A stretch of DNA of 64,000 nucleotides from Macrostomum hystrix (lineage: Eukaryota; Animalia; Platyhelminthes): NCBI GenBank assembly GCA_950097015.1, contig CATNEN010000037.1, positions 1,054,001-1,118,000 on the forward strand. Reading direction: 5' to 3'. Within the stretch, counting starts at the first letter, position 1, and each line of letters starts with the position of its first letter. The translations under genes and the position numbers were made by a program. Below, piece by piece: positions 1-13,600 of the stretch. The notes under the pieces were generated by a model. It saw only the letters and a list, made by a program, of their open reading frames with translations. It was not told the DNA's origin and ran no database searches.

Positions 1-571
1 AACTGGTGTGGTTTCACCGTGACCCAAGTCACACTGGCATATAACTGATGCGGTTTCACCATGACCCAAGTCACACTCGCATATAACTGGTGTGGTTTCA
101 CCGTGACCCAAGTCACACTGGCATATAACTGATGCGGTTTCACCATGACCCAAGTCACACTCGCATATAACTGGTGTGGTTTCACCATGACCCAAGTCAC
201 ACTCGCATAGAACTGATGTGGTTTCACCATGACCCAAGTCACACTGGCATAGAACTGGTGTGGTTTCACCATGACCCAAGTCACACTCGCATAGAACTGA
301 TGTGGTTTCACCATGACCCAAGTCACACTGGCATAGAACTGGTGTGGTTTCACCATGACCCAAGTCACACTCGCATATAACTGGTGTGGTTTCACCGTGA
401 CCCAAGTCACACTCGCATAGAACTGGTGTGGTTTCACCATGACCCAAGTCACACTCGCGTAGAACTGGTGTGGTTTCACCATGACCCAAGTCACACTCGC
501 ATAGAACTGGTGTGGTTTCACCGTGACCCAAGTCACACTCGCATATAACTGGTGTGGTTTCACCATGACCC
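1..571. repeat. 42-bp minisatellite (AACTGGTGTGGTTTCACCATGACCCAAGTCACACTCGCATAG), truncated by window start
   Basis: Unit recurs at 1, 43, 85 and onward; about 13.5 copies; explains ORF 174-380. Confidence 0.95.
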
Positions 572-1957
572 GTGGTGGAATATGGGAATTTTTTTACTTC
601 GTATTAGGTTAATTAGATAAATTGGAAGTAACTAAAAGCCACTAAAGGGGGTCCTTATTGCCAGTAATAATTTTATAGGCAGCTAAATTTTCTGTATCAA
701 AACATTCGGTCAATAGACCCTTACACTTACGATGTTATGGCTTCACTATTTCGCATCTTAAGTTGTTGGGATATGTCGATAAGTTTAAATTTCGGTTTTT
801 ATACTGATTTGTGTCCAATTCCGTCTAGTATAATCGTAGGTCCTTCCCTAAAAGTTAAATATCCAGATTTGTCTGACCACAATAAATGTCAGAGAATATA
901 CTAGACTTTAGCAGCAGTGTTAATTAAACTACGCGGGTCCCATGGTATCCGCATTCCAATCGATGCCATTAATTTAGCTGGTTAGAATCTTCATCCAAGC
1001 AACTTGATTTGCTAATCAATTATTGATCTTTGAACATTTCGTACTCTTACTTTTACGACGAGAATGACTATGACTAATTTGTGAGCAAGTTCATTGGCTG
1101 CTGGTCTGTCAGATAATTTGGCCAGGAGAGTCAGTGAAGTGAAGCTGTAATATCTTCACATGTGCACACAGTATCGCATCCTTACTTTAAACAGTTTTCA
1201 TAGTCGGATCATTGCAAACCACAGAACTAAACAGATAGACAGAAAGGTCCGACTAAAATTCATATAAAAGTTATAAAACTGATCAACTCTACTTGAAATT
1301 ATTAATCAGATCGTTTGGTCGGGTCTCCGCCCAGTGGTTCCGCTGCTGGCGCTGCTTCCTATACTCAACCTAAATCCCAATCATGCTCCCCAAACCCGCT
1401 TCCAAGCAAACAGATCCCCTTCAGGCAACACGATATCCCCGGAGCAATTATCTTTGACAGTCCGCGGCTGAAATATTCTTCGACAAAAAATGGTCTCCCA
1501 GCACAACTGCGGACTGCCTAGCGACAGCTATGCTCAGGCACGACCCGCCTACGACGACTGTCGCTGTGGCGCACAGAATACGAGCTCGGGACTGACTCAC
1601 TGACTCAGTGTAGCTGTGGCTAGACCAGCTCAGGGCAATTGAACATTATCCTAGGACTTACGGGCCTGCCGCAACTAGCCAAGAATCGAGACTTGAGTGC
1701 TCAAAACCTGCTCTACTTCTAGGCCTGAGCACAGCACAGCATATATATCTAATTATGAGGATGAATCTATGGGGGGGCTTTCGGATAGCAGAATTTGAGA
1801 AGGATAGTAGGATCTGCGAGCCAATTCTGAAAACTGTGTGACTGCGACAGAAGTGCAACACGTTCACTCCTTCTCCTTCGTAAATAATAGGGAGATAGAA
1901 GGAGCAGGGTGGAAGATTCATTTGAACATGTGGCGCTGATTTACTTCGCTTCCCGTA

Positions 1958-2143
1958 GATTTCACTTCCAATAGATTTCCCTTTACATATATTTCACTTC
2001 ACAAAGTTTTCACTTCACATATATTTCACTTCCCCTAGATTTCACTTCCCATAGATTTCACTTCCCATAGATTTCACTTCCCATAAATTTTACTTCCCAT
2101 AGATTTCACTTCCCATAGATTTCACATCTCGTAGATTTCACTT
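1958..2143. repeat. ~16-bp minisatellite (ATTTCACTTCCCATAG)
   Basis: About 10 imperfect copies visible. Confidence 0.85.
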
Positions 2144-2462
2144 GAAATAATCAATTCCTTAATAAAGCGCATTGTAGTTTATGAAATCAATTATTATTTT
2201 AAATTATTTAAATCAACTGGAAGTGAATAAATAAAAAATAGACTTCCAAATATCCCTAGTCCCCTCCAAAAATCCATCCCCATTCTCATGCGAAATGGGC
2301 AGAACTGCCTCCTTGCTGGCTGCGGATCAAGTGTCACCAAATGATGTGCCACTGCCCACTGCCCGCAGCCCATTATTAATATTGTTTTATTATTATCCCC
2401 GCATACCATTCTGATCCCCATCCTATCCCCATACTTATCCCAATCCTTATCCTGACCCGCAG

Positions 2463-2633
2463 GTTGAACTTCCGCAGCCTCCTGCGCAGCGAGTGCGCCG
2501 ATCTTCGACGCAAGCGATGCGACTCGCTGACCTGGGAGCTGGGCAAACAGCGCGAGATGTACAGGGAGATGTGGGCTGAGACCGCCAATCCCGCCAGGAT
2601 GGCCTTCATCAGGGCCGCGCTGCAGGACATTGC
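2463..2633 (+). CDS. DEG/ENaC channel, penultimate exon (end of Cys-rich thumb region); join(..2463-2633,6514-7048)
   Basis: Acceptor CCTGACCCGCAG|G, donor GC|GTAAGA; open reading LNFRSLLRSECADLRRKRCDSLTWELGKQREMYREMWAETANPARMAFIRAALQDI; the phase-2 end joins 6514 in frame (GC+T = Ala). Upstream exons not identified. Confidence 0.7.
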
Positions 2634-2759
2634 GTAAGACTTGCCGGCAATATGATTCTCAAGCCATTGTCCCAAGTTCTTGGCAAAATCAACATATTTA
2701 TCTTCCCATATGCAATCAAAATTTTGAAAGCCCATTCCAATACTCACTTGCAACCCCCA

Positions 2760-3430
2760 TCCTCATTCTTATCCCCGTCCACACCAAAATCCTATCCACA
2801 CCCATCCTTACTTTCATCCTATTCCCATCCCTATCTCTATTCAAATCCCACCAATCCGTCATACCCATCCCCACCACCCATAACAGTCCCCATCCCCATT
2901 CCCATCCCCACCCATCGCTATTCCCATCCCCATCCCATTCCCATCCACACCAATACTTATTCCCATCCCCATCCCCATCCCCATCCACACCAATACTTAT
3001 TCCCATCCCCATCCCCATCCCCATCCACACCAATACTTATTCCCATCCCCATCCCCATCCCCATCCCCATCCCGTTCCATCCCTATTTCCATACCCATCC
3101 CCACCAATCCCCATCCTCATCCCCACCAATCCCCATCCCCATCCCCACCAATCCCCATCCCCATTCCCATCCCCATTCGCAATCCCATCCCCATTCCCAT
3201 CCCCACCCATCCCCATCGCCATTCCCATTCCTATTCCCATCACACCCATCCCTATTCCCATCCCCATTCCCATCCCCATTCCCATCCCCATTCCCATCCC
3301 CACCCATCCCTTACCCCATCCCCATTCCCATTCCCATCCCCATTCCCATCCCCACCCATCCCTTTCCCCATACCCATCCCCACCACCCATCACAGTCCCC
3401 ATCCCATTCCTAAATTAATCCCCATTCCAT
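2760..3430. repeat. C-rich (CCCATC/CCCATT)n low-complexity satellite in intron
   Basis: Direct inspection; source of the Pro/His/Ile and Gly/Trp/Met ORFs. Confidence 0.9.
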
Positions 3431-4507
3431 CACATCGCCATTTTCTTCCCATCCTCATATTGGCCGCGTATAATTAGATGGTGATCGATGTTTTTGGAAA
3501 ACAATTCTGGGTAACATGCAAATAAGAGAGTGTAGCAAGTTTTCCAACCACCCCCCGCACTTTTAGAAAATCCCATTTATTCACCCGGCATGAAAAATTC
3601 CAGAAAAATTCAAATCTGAAATATACGGATTCCAAAGCTTTATTCCATCTATGTTAAGCCGAACAAATCATTTTCGATGCTTCGATCCATAGTGAAATCT
3701 GCAGTGTTGAAAATTCACAGTTAACGTCTGCTTTCTCTCTTCCACTCTTTTTTCATTCTTTTTCTTGCTCGCGGGACGACTTTTTTTAAGTTTCTATTTT
3801 CTCATCATCAGGCCTGTGGTGAGCAGAGTCCGATGCACTTTTAACTAGGCATCCTGGCTTTTTTTAAATTTTGTCCGAGGAGTGTGATAGAAAGATTTTC
3901 TAAAAGAAAATTTCTGCATCATGGGGGGTAATGAGATTGCTCGCCCCATCATTACTTAGTGTCTGTGCTTTGAATTCAATTATAAAAGCGTATGCAGAAA
4001 TAATATTGAGAGAGTGTCCCCGGACAGTGAGAAGGTGGGCAGGAAAATAATGGGGGTGTAAAAGGAAGCAAGGTTGAGAGTAGGAGTGGGGAAAAGTGTC
4101 TTGTGACAAAATTATATATAATATCTTGGGGAATATGTATACACTCACACGCACACACACACACGCACACACACGCTCGTACACACACTGACACTAATCA
4201 GTGTTTAGCCCAGAAGTTGTGTTTCCTTGATCGATTGGTCCAAGAACGCCATTGACCGCGCCGATATAAAAACAACTAGGCCGGAGCATTTACCCACCTC
4301 ATTCCAAGGCCTTGAAGATTTATATTCGTTTGCATGTGGCACTGAATGAAGCAGCTCTGTCTAGTGATTTATGGTGACTGCCTGATCGCACCAAGAATTA
4401 GTTTGTGTCCATCCTAGTGCAGCCTCCTCTCGCTGCATTCACTCACTCTCTAGTCACTGAACAGCTGAGTGACAGTGTGCGAACAATGTGCTTCTTGGCT
4501 CACCTAG

Positions 4508-5532
4508 GGATATGGGGATAGGGATGGGGATGGGATGGGAATGGGATGGGGATGGGGATGGGATGGGGGTGGGGATGGGGATGGGGATGGAATGGGGATG
4601 GGGATGGGGATGGGGATGGGGATGGGGATGGGGATGGGGATGGGAATGGGTGGAGGATGGCAATGGGGATGGAGTGGAGGATGGCAATGGGAATGGGTGG
4701 AGGATGGCAATGGGGATGGAGTGGAGGATGGAATGGGGATGGAGTGGAGGATGGAATGGCGATGGAGTGGAGGATGGCAATGGGGATGGGGTGCAGGATG
4801 GCAATGGGGATGGGGTGGAGGATGGGAATGGGGATGGGGTGGAGGATGTCAATGGGGATGGGGTGGAGGATGGGAATGGGGATGGGGTGGAGGATGTCAA
4901 TGGGGATGGGGTGGAGGATGGGAATGGGGATGGGGTGGAGGATGTCAATGGGGATGGGGTGGAGGATGGGAATGGGGATGGGGTGGAGGATGTCAATGGG
5001 GATGGGGTGCAGGATGGCAATGGGGATGGGGTGGAGGATGACAATGTGGATGGGGTGGAGGATGACAATGGGGATGGGGTGGAGGATGGGAATGGGGATG
5101 GGGTGGAGGATGTCAATGGGGATGGAGTGGAGGATGGGAATGGGGATGGGGTGGAGGATGTCAATGGGGATGGGGTGCAGGATGGCAATGGGGATGGGGT
5201 GGAGGATGACAATGTGGATGGGGTGGAGGATGACAATGGGGATGGGGTGCAGGATGGCAATGGGGATGGGGTGGAGGATGACAATGTGGATGGGGTGGAG
5301 GATGACAATGGGGATGGGGTGCAGGATGGCAATGGGGATGGGGTGGAGGATGACAATGTGGATGGGGTGGAGGATGACAATGTGGATGGGGTGGAGGATG
5401 ACAATGTGGATGGGGTGGAGGATGGCAATGGGGATGGGGTGGAGGATCGGAATGGGGATGGGGTGGAGGATGTCAATGGGGATGGAGTGGAGGATGGAAT
5501 GGGGATGGAGTGGACGATGACAATGTGGATGG
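4508..5532. repeat. G-rich (GGGATG)n satellite grading into a 24-bp unit (GGGGATGGGGTGGAGGATGNNAAT)
   Basis: Direct inspection; its 5' part is the reverse complement of the 2760-3430 array. Confidence 0.9.
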
Positions 5533-6206
5533 GGTGCAGGCTGTTTAGCTTAGAACATCCAAGGAATAATTCAGAGGCTGTAAGAACCACATGCGTGGAA
5601 GTGAATTAGTTGCTGGCTAGATAATTATACAAAATGCAAAATGGTTAGCGGAAGCACTAAAATTTCATCCGCCAGCTGAAGAAGGCTGACAGCTGAATAA
5701 AACAGAAAATTGTGCGTCAGCAAGAAACGGTTATAAAATTTAGCTGCCAAAATGATAAGCCCAATCCCCATTGCACACCCCCTTAGCAACCCAGCAATCC
5801 CATTGGGAAATCCAGGAAACAGGCAGATAGATAGCAGTCAGTGAGAGCACCTACTGGGGCGGACTTTGTCTAACAGGATGCTTCGTTTTCCCCGGAGATT
5901 GGCGGTCACGTCAGCGCTGGAGTGCTGATGCCAGTCAAGCGGGAACAACAGAAAAGGCTCCCAGATAAATAGAAGCCTAGGGATAAATGCGGGGGATTAA
6001 GTGATTTCACACTCGCGAATCTGGTTTGTTTTTCTTATTCCATAAGTCGCCACTTGTTTTTAGACAAGCCTAGCTAAGCTGTGGCAGATCAACCACTATC
6101 ACACTAATGGACTTGGCTAGCCATTGAGTACTGCTTTGACATAGCTAAGGATGAATCTCATTTGCTTGGATAAAACTGAAAATATTCATAATCCTCTCTT
6201 TGAGAA

Positions 6207-6432
6207 TATAAAACACATCCCAATCCTGTTATCAAGATCCCGATCCTGTTATCAAGATCCCAATCCTGTTATCAAGATCCCAATCCTGTTATCAAGATCC
6301 CAATCGTGTTATCAAGATCCCAATCCTGTTATCATCGTGATCCCAATCCTCTCATCGTGATCCCATTAATCTTATTGAGATCCCAATCCTCTCATCGAGA
6401 TCCCAATCCTCTCATCACGATCCGAATCCCTT
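6207..6432. repeat. 20-bp minisatellite (ATCCCAATCCTGTTATCAAG)
   Basis: About 11 copies, degenerating 3'; ends about 80 bp before the acceptor at 6513. Confidence 0.85.
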
Positions 6433-6513
6433 CATTAAAATCTAAATCTGAAGGTCACCTAGCAGATCCCATTGCTGATCCCTAAACAATGCTTCTTCTT
6501 TCCTCCCTTCCAG

Positions 6514-6883
6514 TCCAACAAAGGCAACTGATAGCATGGACATGGCCACTGTGCTGCGCCATATTCGCTTGGAGATCAGCAATCTGATCCTGGTGGCAGC
6601 CAAGGACAAAGGCGACCTAGTTGTAGAGGAACCGGAATTCCCAGCCTCCCAGTTGCTATCCGACATTGGCGGCTTGATGGGGCTGTACCTGGGGGTGTCA
6701 GTGATTGGCCTGTGCGAGTTTATGGCCGTGCTAGTCCTGCTAGCCAAATTCGGAGCCTTGACTTGGTGCCCCTCGCGTTCGGAGAATGCCCGGCCGAAGC
6801 GAAACGGCCAACCTGTTGGGTGCAGACGGGCTGGCGATGAGCCGGACTTCTCTTACAAGTGTCCGAGTAGGAGGCCGATTGCG

Positions 6884-6920
<37 letters not shown>

Positions 6921-7048
6921 TCGAGCCAACAGAACCGAGTTTGTTGTCTATAACCAGATCGAAGACTCTCTACTCCAGCGATGATTTCTTTACAGACGGA
7001 GTGGCTGTCCCAATGACACCGGATATCGGTGTCAACAGCAGCAGCTGA
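6514..7048 (+). CDS. DEG/ENaC (ASIC/FaNaC-like amiloride-sensitive Na+ channel) terminal exon with TM2 and cytoplasmic tail
   Basis: Pyrimidine-rich acceptor CTTCTTCTTTCCTCCCTTCCAG; signature LLSDIGGLMGLYLGVSVIGLCEF (cf. ASIC1 LLGDIGGQMGLFIGASILT) with G-x-S filter; poly-Q tail; TGA at 7046-7048. Confidence 0.9.
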
Positions 7049-7220
7049 CTGCCCTGAACGCTCCCGGCTCCGTGTGTTGTCCACCATATTGTTATTAACT
7101 GTTCATTTTGATCTGTGATTTGTGATTCCTGTCTGCTTCTGAATTAGAAATTTTATGCCATGCTCAAAGTCAGTTTGATGCAAATCGCGTTACAAAACTT
7201 ATAATGCTTGTATCACTCAC

Positions 7221-7368
7221 GACTCTTTCTGATTGGTTCGGTCATATGATCATGACTCTTTCTGATTGGTTCGGTCATATGATCATGACTCTTTCTGATT
7301 GGTTCGGTCATATGATCATGACTCTTTCTGATTGGTTCGGTCATATGATTCATTACTCTTTCTGATTG
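7221..7368. repeat. 33-bp tandem repeat (GACTCTTTCTGATTGGTTCGGTCATATGATCAT) x~4.5
   Basis: Units start at 7221, 7254, 7287, 7320. Confidence 0.9.
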
Positions 7369-7629
7369 ATTATTTCATGTGATTTAATCCCATTCTTTGA
7401 AAGCTTCAATCCATGTCAATCAATTTTACTCCCTGCATTACATATGTTAATATACTCTTAGAATAAGTAAGAAGTTCTATAAAATAACCTAATTGCTTGC
7501 ATGCAGAAAATATTATTAATTTTCTCACGAATCTCTAAAATCGAGGAAGACAATTAGTAAATGAATGGGTAATTCCTTGCTTCTATGGCAGTAGAACCAC
7601 CTGCTACTCGTACATAGGGTGCGTCGTGT

Positions 7630-10600
7630 CAGCAAGAACCGAAGCCAGAATCGAACCAAGAACCATAGCCAGAATCGAACAAAGAAACGTAGATAGAATC
7701 GCACCAAGAACCGTGGCTAGAATCGCGGCGAGAACCGTAACCAGAATTGTCGCAGCTAGAATCGCAGCTAGAATAATAGCTAGAATCGCAGCTAGAATAG
7801 CATGTAGAATCGCAGCTAGAATAACAGGTAGAATCGCAGCTAGAATAATGGTTAGAATCGCAGCTAGAATAATAGCTAGAATCGCAGCTACAATAATAGC
7901 TAGAATCGCAGCTAGAATAACAGCTAGAATCGCAGCTAGAATAATGGCTAGAATCACAGCTAGAATAATAGCTAGAATCGCAGCTAGAATAAAAGCTAGA
8001 ATCGCAGCTAGAATAATAGCTAGAATCACAGCTAGAAAAATAGCTAGAATCGCAGCTAGAATAGCAGGTAAAATCGCAGCTAGAATAATAGCTAGAATCG
8101 CAGCTAGAATATTAGCTAGAATAGCAGCTAGAATAATAGCTAGAATCGCAGCTAGAATAATAGCTAGAATCGCAGCTAGAATAATAGCTAGAATCGCAGC
8201 TAGAATAGCAGGTAGAATCGCAGCTAGAATAACAGGTAGAATCACAGCTAGAATAATAGCTAGAATCGCAGCTAGAATAGCAGGTAAAATCGCAGCTAGA
8301 ATAATAGGTAGAATCGCAGCTAGAATAATGGTTAGAATCGCAGCTACAATAATAGCTAGAATCGCAGCTAGAATAATAGCTAGAATCGCAGCTAGAATAA
8401 CGGTTAGAATCGCAGCTAGAATAACAGCTAGAATCGCAGCTAGAATAATAGCTAGAATCGCAGCTAGAATAGCAGGTAGAATCGCAGCTAGAATAATAGC
8501 TAGAATCGCAGCTAGAATAATGGTTAGAATTGCAGCTAGAATAATAGCTAGAATCGCAGCTACAATAATAGCTAGAATCGCAGCTAGAATAACAGCTAGA
8601 ATCGCAGCTAGAATAATGGCTAGAATCACAGCTAGAAAAATGGCTAGAGTCGCAGCTAGAATAACAGGTAGAATCACAGCTAGAATAATGGCTAGAATCG
8701 CAGCTAGAATAATAGCTAGAATCGCAGCTAGAAAAATGGCTAGAATCGCAGCTAGAATAATAGCTAGAATCGCAGCTAGAATAATGGTAAGAATCGCAGC
8801 TAGAATAATAGCTAGAATCGCAGCTAGAATAATAGCTAGAATCGCAATTAGAATAACAGCTAGAATCGCAGCTAGAATAATAGCTAGAATCGCAGCTAGA
8901 ATAATGGTAAGAATCGCAGCTAGAATAATAGCTAGAATCGCAGCTAGAATAATAGCTAGAATCGCAATTAGAATAACAGCTAGAATCGCAGCTAGAATAA
9001 TAGCTAGAATCGCAGCTAGAATAATAGCTAGAATCGCAGCTAGAATAATAGCTAGAATCACAGCTAGAAAAATAGCTAGAATCGCAGCTAGAATAACAGG
9101 TAGAATCACAGCTAGAATAATAGCTAGAATCGCAGCTAGAAGAGCAGGTAGAATCGCAGCTAGAATAACAGGTAGAATCGCAGCTAGAAAAATGGCTAGA
9201 GTCGCAGGTAGAATAATAGCTAGACTCGCAGCTAGAATAACAGGAAGAATCACAGCTAGAAAAATGGCTAGAATCGCAGCTAGAATAGTAGCTAGAATCG
9301 CAGCTAGAATAATAGCTAGAATCGCAGCTAGAATAAAAGCTAGAATCGCAGCTAGAATAATAGCTAGAATCACAGCTAGAAAAATAGCTAGAATCGCAGC
9401 TAGAATAACAGGTAGAATCACAGCTAGAATAATAGCTAGAATCGCAGCTAGAATAGCAGGTAGAATCGCAGCTAGAATAATAGCTAGAATCGCAGCTAGA
9501 ATAATGGTTAGAATTGCAGCTAGAATAATAGCTAGAATCGCAGCTACAATAATAGCTAGAATCGCAGCTAGAATAACAGCTAGAATCGCAGCTAGAATAA
9601 TAGCTAGAATCGCAATTAGAATAACAGCTAGAATCGCAGCTAGAATAATAGCTAGAATCGCAGCTAGAATAATGGTAAGAATCGCAGCTAGAATAATAGC
9701 TAGAATCGCAGCTAGAATAATAGCTAGAATCGCAGCTAGAATAACAGGTAGAATCACAGCTAGAATAATAGCTAGAATCGCAGCTAGAATAGCAGGTAGA
9801 ATCGCAGCTAGAATAGCGGGTAGAATCGCAGCTAGAATAATAGCTAGAATCGCAGCTAGAATAATGGCTAGAATCGCAGCTAGAATAACAGGAAGAATCA
9901 CAGCTAGAAAAATGGCTAGAATCGCAGCTAGAATAGTAGCTAGAATCGCAGCTAGAATAATAGCTAGAATCGCAGCTAGAATAAAAGCTAGAATCGCAGC
10001 TAGAATAATAGCTAGAATCACAGCTAGAAAAATAGCTAGAATCGCAGCTAGAATAACAGGTAGAATCACAGCTAGAATAATAGCTAGAATCGCAGCTAGA
10101 ATAATGGTTAGAATCGCAGCTAGAATAATACCTAGAATCGCAGCTACAATAATAGCTAGAATCGCAGCTAGAATAACAGCTAGAATCGCAGCTAGAATAA
10201 TGGCTAGAATCGCAGCTAGAATAATGGCTAGAATCACAGCTAGAAAAATGGCTAGAATCACAGCTAGAATAATGGTTAGAATTGCAGCTAGAATAATAGC
10301 TAGAATCGCAGCTAGAATAATAGCTAGAATCGCAGCTACAATAATAGCTAGAATCGCAGCTAGAATAACAGCTAGAATCGCAGCTAGAATAATGGCTAGA
10401 ATCGCAGCTAGAATAATGGCTAGAATCACAGCTAGAATAATGGCTAGAATCGCAGCTAGAATAATGGCTAGAATCGCAGCTAGAATAATGGCTAGAATCA
10501 CAGCTAGAAAAATGGCTAGAATCACAGCTAGAATAATGGTTAGAATTGCAGCTAGAATAATAGCTAGAATCGCAGCTAGAATAATAGCTAGAATCGCAGC

Positions 10601-13600
10601 TAGAATAATAGCTAGAATCGCAGCTAGAATAACAGGTAGAATCGCAGCTAGAATAACAGGTAGAATCGCAGCTAGAATAATGGCTAGAGTCGCAGGTAGA
10701 ATAATAGCTAGAATCGCAGCTAGAATAATGGTAAGAATCGCAGCTAGAATAAAAGCTAGAATCGCAGCTAGAATAATAGCTAGAATCGCAATTAGAATAA
10801 CAGCTAGAATCGCAGCTAGAATAATAGCTAGAATCGCAGCTAGAATAATGGTAAGAATCGCAGCTAGAATAATAGCTAGAATCGCAGCTAGAATAATAGC
10901 TAGAATCGCAATTAGAATAACAGCTAGAATCGCAGCTAGAATAATAGCTAGAATCGCAGCTAGAATAATGGTAAGAATCGCAGCTAGAAAAAAAGCTAGA
11001 ATCGCAATTAGAATAACAGCTAGAATCGCAGCTAGAATAATAGCTAGAATCGCAGCTAGAATAATAGCTAGAATCGCAGCTAGAATAATAGCTAGAATCA
11101 CAGCTAGAAAAATAGCTAGAATCGCAGCTAGAATAACAGGTAGAATCACAGCTAGAATAATAGCTAGAATCGCAGCTAGAATAGCAGGTAGAATCGCAGC
11201 TAGAATAACAGGTAGAATCGCAGCTAGAAAAATGGCTAGAGTCGCAGGTAGAATAATAGCTAGAATCGCAGCTAGAATAAAAGCTAGAATCGCAGCTAGA
11301 ATAATAGCTAGAATCACAGCTAGAAAAATAGCTAGAATCGCAGCTAGAATAACAGGTAGAATCACAGCTAGAATAATAGCTAGAATCGCAGCTAGAATAG
11401 CAGGTAGAATCGCAGCTAGAATAATAGCTAGAATCGCAGCTAGAATAATGGTTAGAATTGCAGCTAGAATAATAGCTAGAATCGCAGCTACAATAATAGC
11501 TAGAATCGCAGCTAGAATAACAGCTAGAATCGCAGCTAGAATAATGGCTAGAATCACAGCTAGAATAATGGCTAGAATCGCAGCTAGAATAATGGCTAGA
11601 ATCACAGCTAGAATAATGGCTAGAATCACAGCTAGAATAATGGCTAGAATCGCAGCTAGAATAATGGCTAGAATCGCAGCTAGAATAATGGCTAGAATCA
11701 CAGCTAGAATAATGGCTAGAATCACAGCTAGAATAATGGCTAGAATCGCAGCTAGAATAACAGCTAGAATCGCAGCTAGAATAATAGCTAGAATCGCAAT
11801 TAGAATAACAGCTAGAATCGCAGCTAGAATAATAGCTAGAATCGCAGCTAGAATAATGGTAAGAATCGCAGCTAGAATAGTAGCTAGAATCGCAGCTAGA
11901 ATAATAGCTAGAATCGCAATTAGAATAACAGCTAGAATCGCAGCTAGAATAATAGCTAGAATCGCAGCTAGAATAATAGCTAGAATCGCAGCTAGAATAA
12001 TAGCTAGAATCACAGCTAGAAAAATAGCTAGAATCGCAGCTAGAATAACAGGTAGAATCACAGCTAGAATAATAGCTAGAATCGCAGCTAGAATAGCAGG
12101 TAGAATCGCAGCTAGAATAACAGGTAGAATCGCAGCTAGAAAAATGGCTAGAGTCGCAGGTAGAATAATAGCTAGAATCGCAGCTAGAATAACAGGAAGA
12201 ATCACAGCTAGAAAAATGGCTAGAATCGCAGCTAGAATAGTAGCTAGAATCGCAGCTAGAATAATAGCTAGAATCGCAGCTAGAATAAAAGCTAGAATCG
12301 CAGCTAGAATAATAGCTAGAATCACAGCTAGAAAAATAGCTAGAATCGCAGCTAGAATAACAGGTAGAATCACAGCTAGAATAATGGCTAGAATCGCAGC
12401 TAGAATAGCAGGTAGAATCGCAGCTAGAATAATAGCTAGAATCGCAGCTAGAATAATGGTTAGAATTGCAGCTAGAATAATAGCTAGAATCGCAGCTACA
12501 ATAATAGCTAGAATCGCAGCTAGAATAACAGCTAGAATCGCAGCTAGAATAATGGCTAGAATCACAGCTAGAATAATGGCTAGAATCGCAGCTAGAATAA
12601 TGGCTAGAATCACAGCTAGAATAATGGCTAGAATCACAGCTAGAATAATGGCTAGAATCGCAGCTAGAATAATAGCTAGAATCGCAGCTAGAATAAAAGC
12701 TAGAATCGCAGCTAGAATAATAGCTAGAATCACAGCTAGAAAAATAGCTAGAATCGCAGCTAGAATAACAGGTAGAATCACAGCTAGAATAATAGCTAGA
12801 ATCGCAGCTAGAATAATGGTTAGAATCGCAGCTAGAATAATACCTAGAATCGCAGCTACAATAATAGCTAGAATCGCAGCTAGAATAACAGCTAGAATCG
12901 CAGCTAGAATAATGGCTAGAATCGCAGCTAGAATAATGGCTAGAATCACAGCTAGAAAAATGGCTAGAATCACAGCTAGAATAATGGTTAGAATTGCAGC
13001 TAGAATAATAGCTAGAATCGCAGCTAGAATAATAGCTAGAATCGCAGCTACAATAATAGCTAGAATCGCAGCTAGAATAACAGCTAGAATCGCAGCTAGA
13101 ATAATGGCTAGAATCGCAGCTAGAATAATGGCTAGAATCACAGCTAGAATAATGGCTAGAATCGCAGCTAGAATAATGGCTAGAATCGCAGCTAGAATAA
13201 TAGCTAGAATCACAGCTAGAAAAATGGCTAGAATCACAGCTAGAATAATGGTTAGAATTGCAGCTAGAATAATAGCTAGAATCGCAGCTAGAATAATAGC
13301 TAGAATCGCAGCTAGAATAATAGCTAGAATCGCAGCTAGAATAACAGGTAGAATCGCAGCTAGAATAACAGGTAGAATCGCAGCTAGAATAATGGCTAGA
13401 GTCGCAGGTAGAATAATAGCTAGAATCGCAGCTAGAATAATGGTAAGAATCGCAGCTAGAATAAAAGCTAGAATCGCAGCTAGAATAATAGCTAGAATCG
13501 CAATTAGAATAACAGCTAGAATCGCAGCTAGAATAATAGCTAGAATCGCAGCTAGAATAATGGTAAGAATCGTAGCTAGAATAATAGCTAGAATCGCAGC

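Noticed and set aside
1-571. CRISPR-like appearance of regularly spaced repeats (here and in other arrays)
   Set aside because: Units are head-to-tail with no unique spacers, there are no cas genes, and the context is eukaryotic.
1310-1600. GC-rich, Cys-containing segment (QWFRCWRCF; QKMVSQHNCGLP...DDCRCG) as an upstream DEG/ENaC thumb exon
   Set aside because: The Cys-rich pieces lie in stop-interrupted frames, and no GT donor giving the required phase 2 was found; suggestive but unsupported.
2630-5609. Pro/His-rich and Gly/Asp-rich ORFs on both strands
   Set aside because: They derive from hexamer satellites within the DEG/ENaC intron.
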